Source: Macrostomum lignano
Taxonomy: Eukaryota
DNA: 32,632 bases
Assembly: GCA_002269645.1 (NCBI GenBank)
Contig: NIVC01004172.1
Coordinates: forward strand, 72,033-104,664
Direction: 5' to 3'
Shown: positions 30,501 to 32,632 of the stretch, piece after piece
How positions within the stretch are numbered: the first letter of the stretch is position 1
Layout of the letters: the number at the start of each line of letters is the position of its first letter
Made by a program: the position numbers and the translations under genes
Notes under the pieces: model-generated
What the model saw: the letters and a program-made list of their open reading frames with translations, nothing else
What the model was told of the DNA's origin: nothing
Database searches by the model: none

Positions 30501-32632
30501 CTCACTACTCTGTGGCAATCTAGGGTAAGATTCTCGCTACTCTATGGCAATCTAGGGTAAAATTCTCGCTACTCTATGGCAATCTAGGGTAAGATTCTCG
30601 CTACTCTATGGAAATCTAGGGTGAGATTCTCGCTACTCTACGGAAATCTAGGGTGAGATTCTCGCTACTCTGTGGCAATCTAGGGTAAAATTCTCGCTAC
30701 TCTATGGCAATCTAGGGTGAGATTCTCGCTACTCTATGGCAATCTAGGGTGAGATTATTGAATTTATCAAAATAGGCTAAGATCAAGGCAAAACCATCCC
30801 CCGCATCCGCAGGCTTGGTTGTCCGCCTGCGCTCGCCGCCCAGCCTCGGCCAGGAGGCGCCGGCCCCGGTGGGCCTTGGCTTCGACGAGCTCGAAGTTGA
30901 TCCGGCCGAGCTCAAAATGGACCGCGACCGATTGGCCGCGGCCAATTCGGCGAAGTCCGCCGCGGCTGGCTTCGCGGCACCCCGGTGGCCGTCAAGCTGA
31001 TGCTGGAAGGCGCCATGGCTGAGGAGGACTTCATCGAGGAGGCGAGAAATATGCGCAATTTGAATCACCCGAATCTTGTTCAGCTATTCGGTGTGGTCAC
31101 CAAGTCTAAGCCGGTCATGCTGGTCACGGACTACATGCCGTACGGATCGCTGAAAGACTTTCTACGCTCCCGTCGGGATAACTATATGAAGGCTAGTCGG
31201 GTTGCCGCCCTGCTAGACGTGTGCAACCAGGTAGCCGTGGCTATGATGTACCTGGAGGAGAGGAACTTCATTCACCGGGACTTGGCCTGCAGAAACATAT
31301 TGGTCAAATCGTTGCTGCACCTGCACGGCTATATTGAGGCGAGTGTAGCATTGCATCGGTTTGGGGGGTCGTTGAGTTATTAGAGTTGCAAAGAGTATCC
31401 ATCAGATAGCTGTAGGCATTGGAAGAGAGGTGGACTGTGAGAGAGGGGTAGACAATGATAAGCTAGACTGAGAATGAATGAGAATGGTTAAGAAGTAGGC
31501 TGAGAGTGGATGAGAGGTAGGCTGAGAGTGAATGAGAGGTAGGCTGAGAGTGAATCAGAGGTAGGCTGAGAGTGAATGAGAGGTAGGCTGAGAGTGAATG
31601 AGAGGTAGGCTGAGAGTGAATCAGAGGTAGGCTGAGAGTGAATCAGAGGTAGGCTGAGAGTGAATCAGAGGTAGGCTGAGAGTGAATCAGAGGTAGGCTG
31701 AGAGTGAATGAGAGGTAGGCTGAGAGTGAATCAGAGGTAGGCTGAGAGTGAATGAGAGGTAGGCTGAGATTGAATGAGAGGTAGGCTGAGAGTGAATCAG
31801 AGGTAGGCTGAGAGTGAATCAGAGGTAGGCTGAGAGTGAATGAGAGGTAGGCTGAGAGTGGATGAGAGGTAAGCTGAGAGTGAATGAGAGGTAGGCTGAG
31901 AGTGGATGAGAGGTAGGCTGAGAGGTAGGCTGAGAGGTAGACTGAAAGTGATGAGAGGTAGACTGAAAGTGGATGAGAGGTAGACTGAAAGCGGATGAGA
32001 GGTGAACTGAAAATTAATGAGGTAAGCTGAGAGTGAATGAGATGTAGGCTGAGAAGGGATGAGAATTAGACTGAGAGTGAGTAAGAATTGGTGATGATAG
32101 GTAATGGGGGCGGTATCCAGTGGTCAAGCGCGGCGCTTGATGTGCCAGCGGTCCAGGTCGATTCCCATTGCAGTCGCATTAATCTGCGAGGGCTAAAATT
32201 AGAATCTCAGCTTGGCTCTGCTCGTGCAATAAAATGCCATTGAGGGCCAACGCCCAAGGCGCAGTAAATTGTACATGCCTAAGCGATAAAATAAGTTAGG
32301 GCCACTTGTACACCTCTGTGTGTGAGTGTGTGGCTGTTCAGGGGAGTCAGCGGTATGAACAGCAATAAAAAAATCAAAAATGGATGAGAGGTAGACTGAG
32401 AAAGAGTGAGAAGTAGACAGAGAAGGGCGTGTCAGCACATGGTCTCGGGTTAGTAAAGTACCCAAGGCTAATCCGAATCCCACCGCCACCCCTGTTAACA
32501 GGTGAAGGTGAGCGACTTCGGCATGGCCCGGTTCCTCCTGGGCCAAGAGTACGACGCCTCGGCCGTTCGAAATTCCCGGTTCGCTGGGCCGCACCGGAGG
32601 TGTTCCAGTGCAACCGGTACAGCGTCAAGTCC
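21408..32632 (+). CDS. TEC: Tec/Btk-family non-receptor tyrosine kinase (PH-BH-SH3-SH2-TyrK), multi-exon, 3' end beyond the window; two single-base frameshifts in the sequence as given
   Basis: Exons 21408-21584, 23279-23743, 24745-24900, 26047-26111, 26193-26252, 26351-26494, 29708-29835, 30813-31338, 32502-end, all phase-compatible; domain order is diagnostic of the Tec family. Confidence 0.93.
21660..23238. repeat. Compound minisatellite: 34-bp unit (21660-22210) switching to a related 28-bp unit (22210-23238)
   Basis: Shared core CTCCCAGATTCTCAGTTGCTG; periods of 34 and 28 match the aa periodicity of the spurious ORFs. Confidence 0.95.
23279..23743 (+). CDS. TEC: Tec kinase exon 2 (PH C-half, Btk zinc-binding motif, Gln-rich linker)
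   Basis: RGRIFL..MKAVE; RADWLRLIR; YHPGAW..PGRFACC......HGC; NAGNAG acceptor (23279 or 23282); donor GGG|GTTAGT. Confidence 0.88.
23801..24076. mobile_element. Non-autonomous hAT (Charlie-like) MITE with an internal GA-rich tract
   Basis: TIR pair CAGGGGTCGGCAACT (23801) / AGTTTGCCGACCCCT (24061-24075). No matching 8-bp TSD; another right-TIR-like TTTGCCGACCCC at 24434-24445. Confidence 0.65.
24208..24432 (-). mobile_element. tRNA-derived SINE, copy 1
   Basis: Reverse complement starts GGGGCCGTAGCCCAGCGG (A box)...GCTCGATTCC (B box); the body aligns by eye with 32106-32335. Confidence 0.75.
24745..24900 (+). CDS. TEC: Tec kinase exon 3 (linker and SH3 start)
   Basis: ATTCACAG acceptor; VVVAIHNFRPMRSNQIRLEK; donor AAG|GTTCGT. 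Confidence 0.82.
25048..25890. repeat. 30-bp minisatellite (GAGCTGCTGACCAACTGATCTATTCTCATT)n, about 28 near-identical copies
   Basis: Direct; lies within Tec intron 3. The 317-aa minus-strand ORF is its translation. Confidence 0.97.
26047..26111 (+). CDS. TEC: Tec kinase exon 4 (SH3)
   Basis: GGRYMVVDGSNAKWWYVRDSSG; TTTCGCAG acceptor, GG|GTAAGT donor. Confidence 0.88.
26193..26252 (+). CDS. TEC: Tec kinase exon 5 (SH3 end)
   Basis: EYGYIPANYIRKPDSLETY; TTGCAG acceptor, GA|GTAAGT donor. Confidence 0.88.
26351..26494 (+). CDS. TEC: Tec kinase exon 6 (SH2 N-half)
   Basis: WYYKNISRQRAEHILL...KEGCFLVRDS...YTLSV; AA|GTGAGT donor. Confidence 0.9.
26655..27150. repeat. 20-bp pyrimidine-rich minisatellite (CTCCTTGTCTACTTCCATCT)n
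   Basis: Direct. Confidence 0.93.
27805..28610. repeat. 36-bp minisatellite (CCCTCCCTGTAGATTTTCTATTAGTGGGGTCAGATG)n, about 22 copies
   Basis: Period 36; explains the 12-aa-periodic ORFs on both strands. Confidence 0.97.
29095..29555. repeat. 32-bp minisatellite (CAGCGGAGACCCACTGAATGAGTGGAGGGTGA)n, about 14 copies
   Basis: Period measured from 29290 to 29322. Confidence 0.95.
29708..29835 (+). CDS. TEC: Tec kinase exon 7 (SH2 C-half)
   Basis: [46 protein letters not shown] acceptor (alternative in-frame AG at 29713); G|GTGAGT donor. Confidence 0.92.
29880..30755. repeat. ~32-bp minisatellite (GTGAGATTCTCACTACTCTATGGCAATCTAGG)n, about 27 copies
   Basis: Direct; fills Tec intron 7. Confidence 0.96.
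30813..31338 (+). CDS. TEC: Tec kinase exon 8 (SH2-kinase linker, kinase subdomains I-VIb); missing G near 30934
   Basis: GLVVRLRSPP...LG(+1 base)RGQFGEVRRGWLRGTPVAVKLMLEGAMAEEDFIEEA...HPNLVQLFGV...HRDLACRNILV; probable GC donor GAG|GCGAGT. Confidence 0.88.
31495..32095. repeat. 22-bp purine-rich minisatellite (GTAGGCTGAGAGTGAATGAGAG)n
   Basis: Period measured from 31561 to 31583; degenerates toward both ends. Confidence 0.94.
32106..32335 (+). mobile_element. tRNA-derived SINE, copy 2
   Basis: GGGGGCGGTATCCAGTGG (A box)...GGTCGATTCCC (B box); shares GCTTGGCTCTGCTCGTGCAAT, CCCAAGGCGCAGT, GTACATGCCTAA and AAGTTAGGGCC with the reverse complement of 24208-24432. Confidence 0.75.
32502..32632 (+). 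CDS. TEC: Tec kinase exon 9 (DFG, activation loop; partial); missing G near 32565
   Basis: VKVSDFGMARFLLGQEYDASAG(+1 base)SKFPVRWAAPEVFQCNRYSVKS; TGTTAACAG acceptor. Confidence 0.9.
   Translation, partial: MKVSDFGMARFLLGQEYDASAVRNSRFAGPHRRCSSATGTASS

Noticed and set aside
385-32095. CRISPR arrays
   Set aside because: The repeats are head-to-tail with no unique spacers, there are no cas genes, and the context is eukaryotic with spliceosomal introns.
24350-32190. SINE heads as functional tRNA genes
   Set aside because: No complete cloverleaf; the tRNA-like head continues into a shared ~170-bp body.

Overview
Eukaryotic (metazoan) genomic DNA. GC/CpG-rich exons, minisatellite-filled introns and AT-rich spacers resemble a free-living flatworm such as Macrostomum (inference only). 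Minus strand: a head-to-tail run of intronless ORFs, MZT1 (17012-16650), RidA/HRSP12 ending in a PTS1-like -AKL (14659-14210), TTLL7 tubulin polyglutamylase with a ~870-aa Arg/Ser-Pro-rich N-terminal extension (13129-8330), an unassigned disordered protein (6984-5866) and a possible small ORF. Plus strand, divergent from MZT1: a Tec/Btk-family tyrosine kinase (PH-BH-SH3-SH2-kinase; at least 9 exons from 21408, running off the window) with two single-G frameshifts and a probable GC-AG intron. A weak multi-exon gene candidate lies at about 1.2-3.7 kb. The MZT1-Tec spacer is a CpG desert holding an internally deleted Merlin/IS1595-like transposase relic. Its five in-frame stops are all TAG inside CTAG, which suggests a RIP-like or non-CpG deamination signature; this is the most intriguing observation in the window. 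Also present: about 17 tandem arrays, two copies of a tRNA-derived SINE, a hAT-type MITE and clusters of RFX X-box motifs. All translations, counts and family assignments were done by eye, without database searches.
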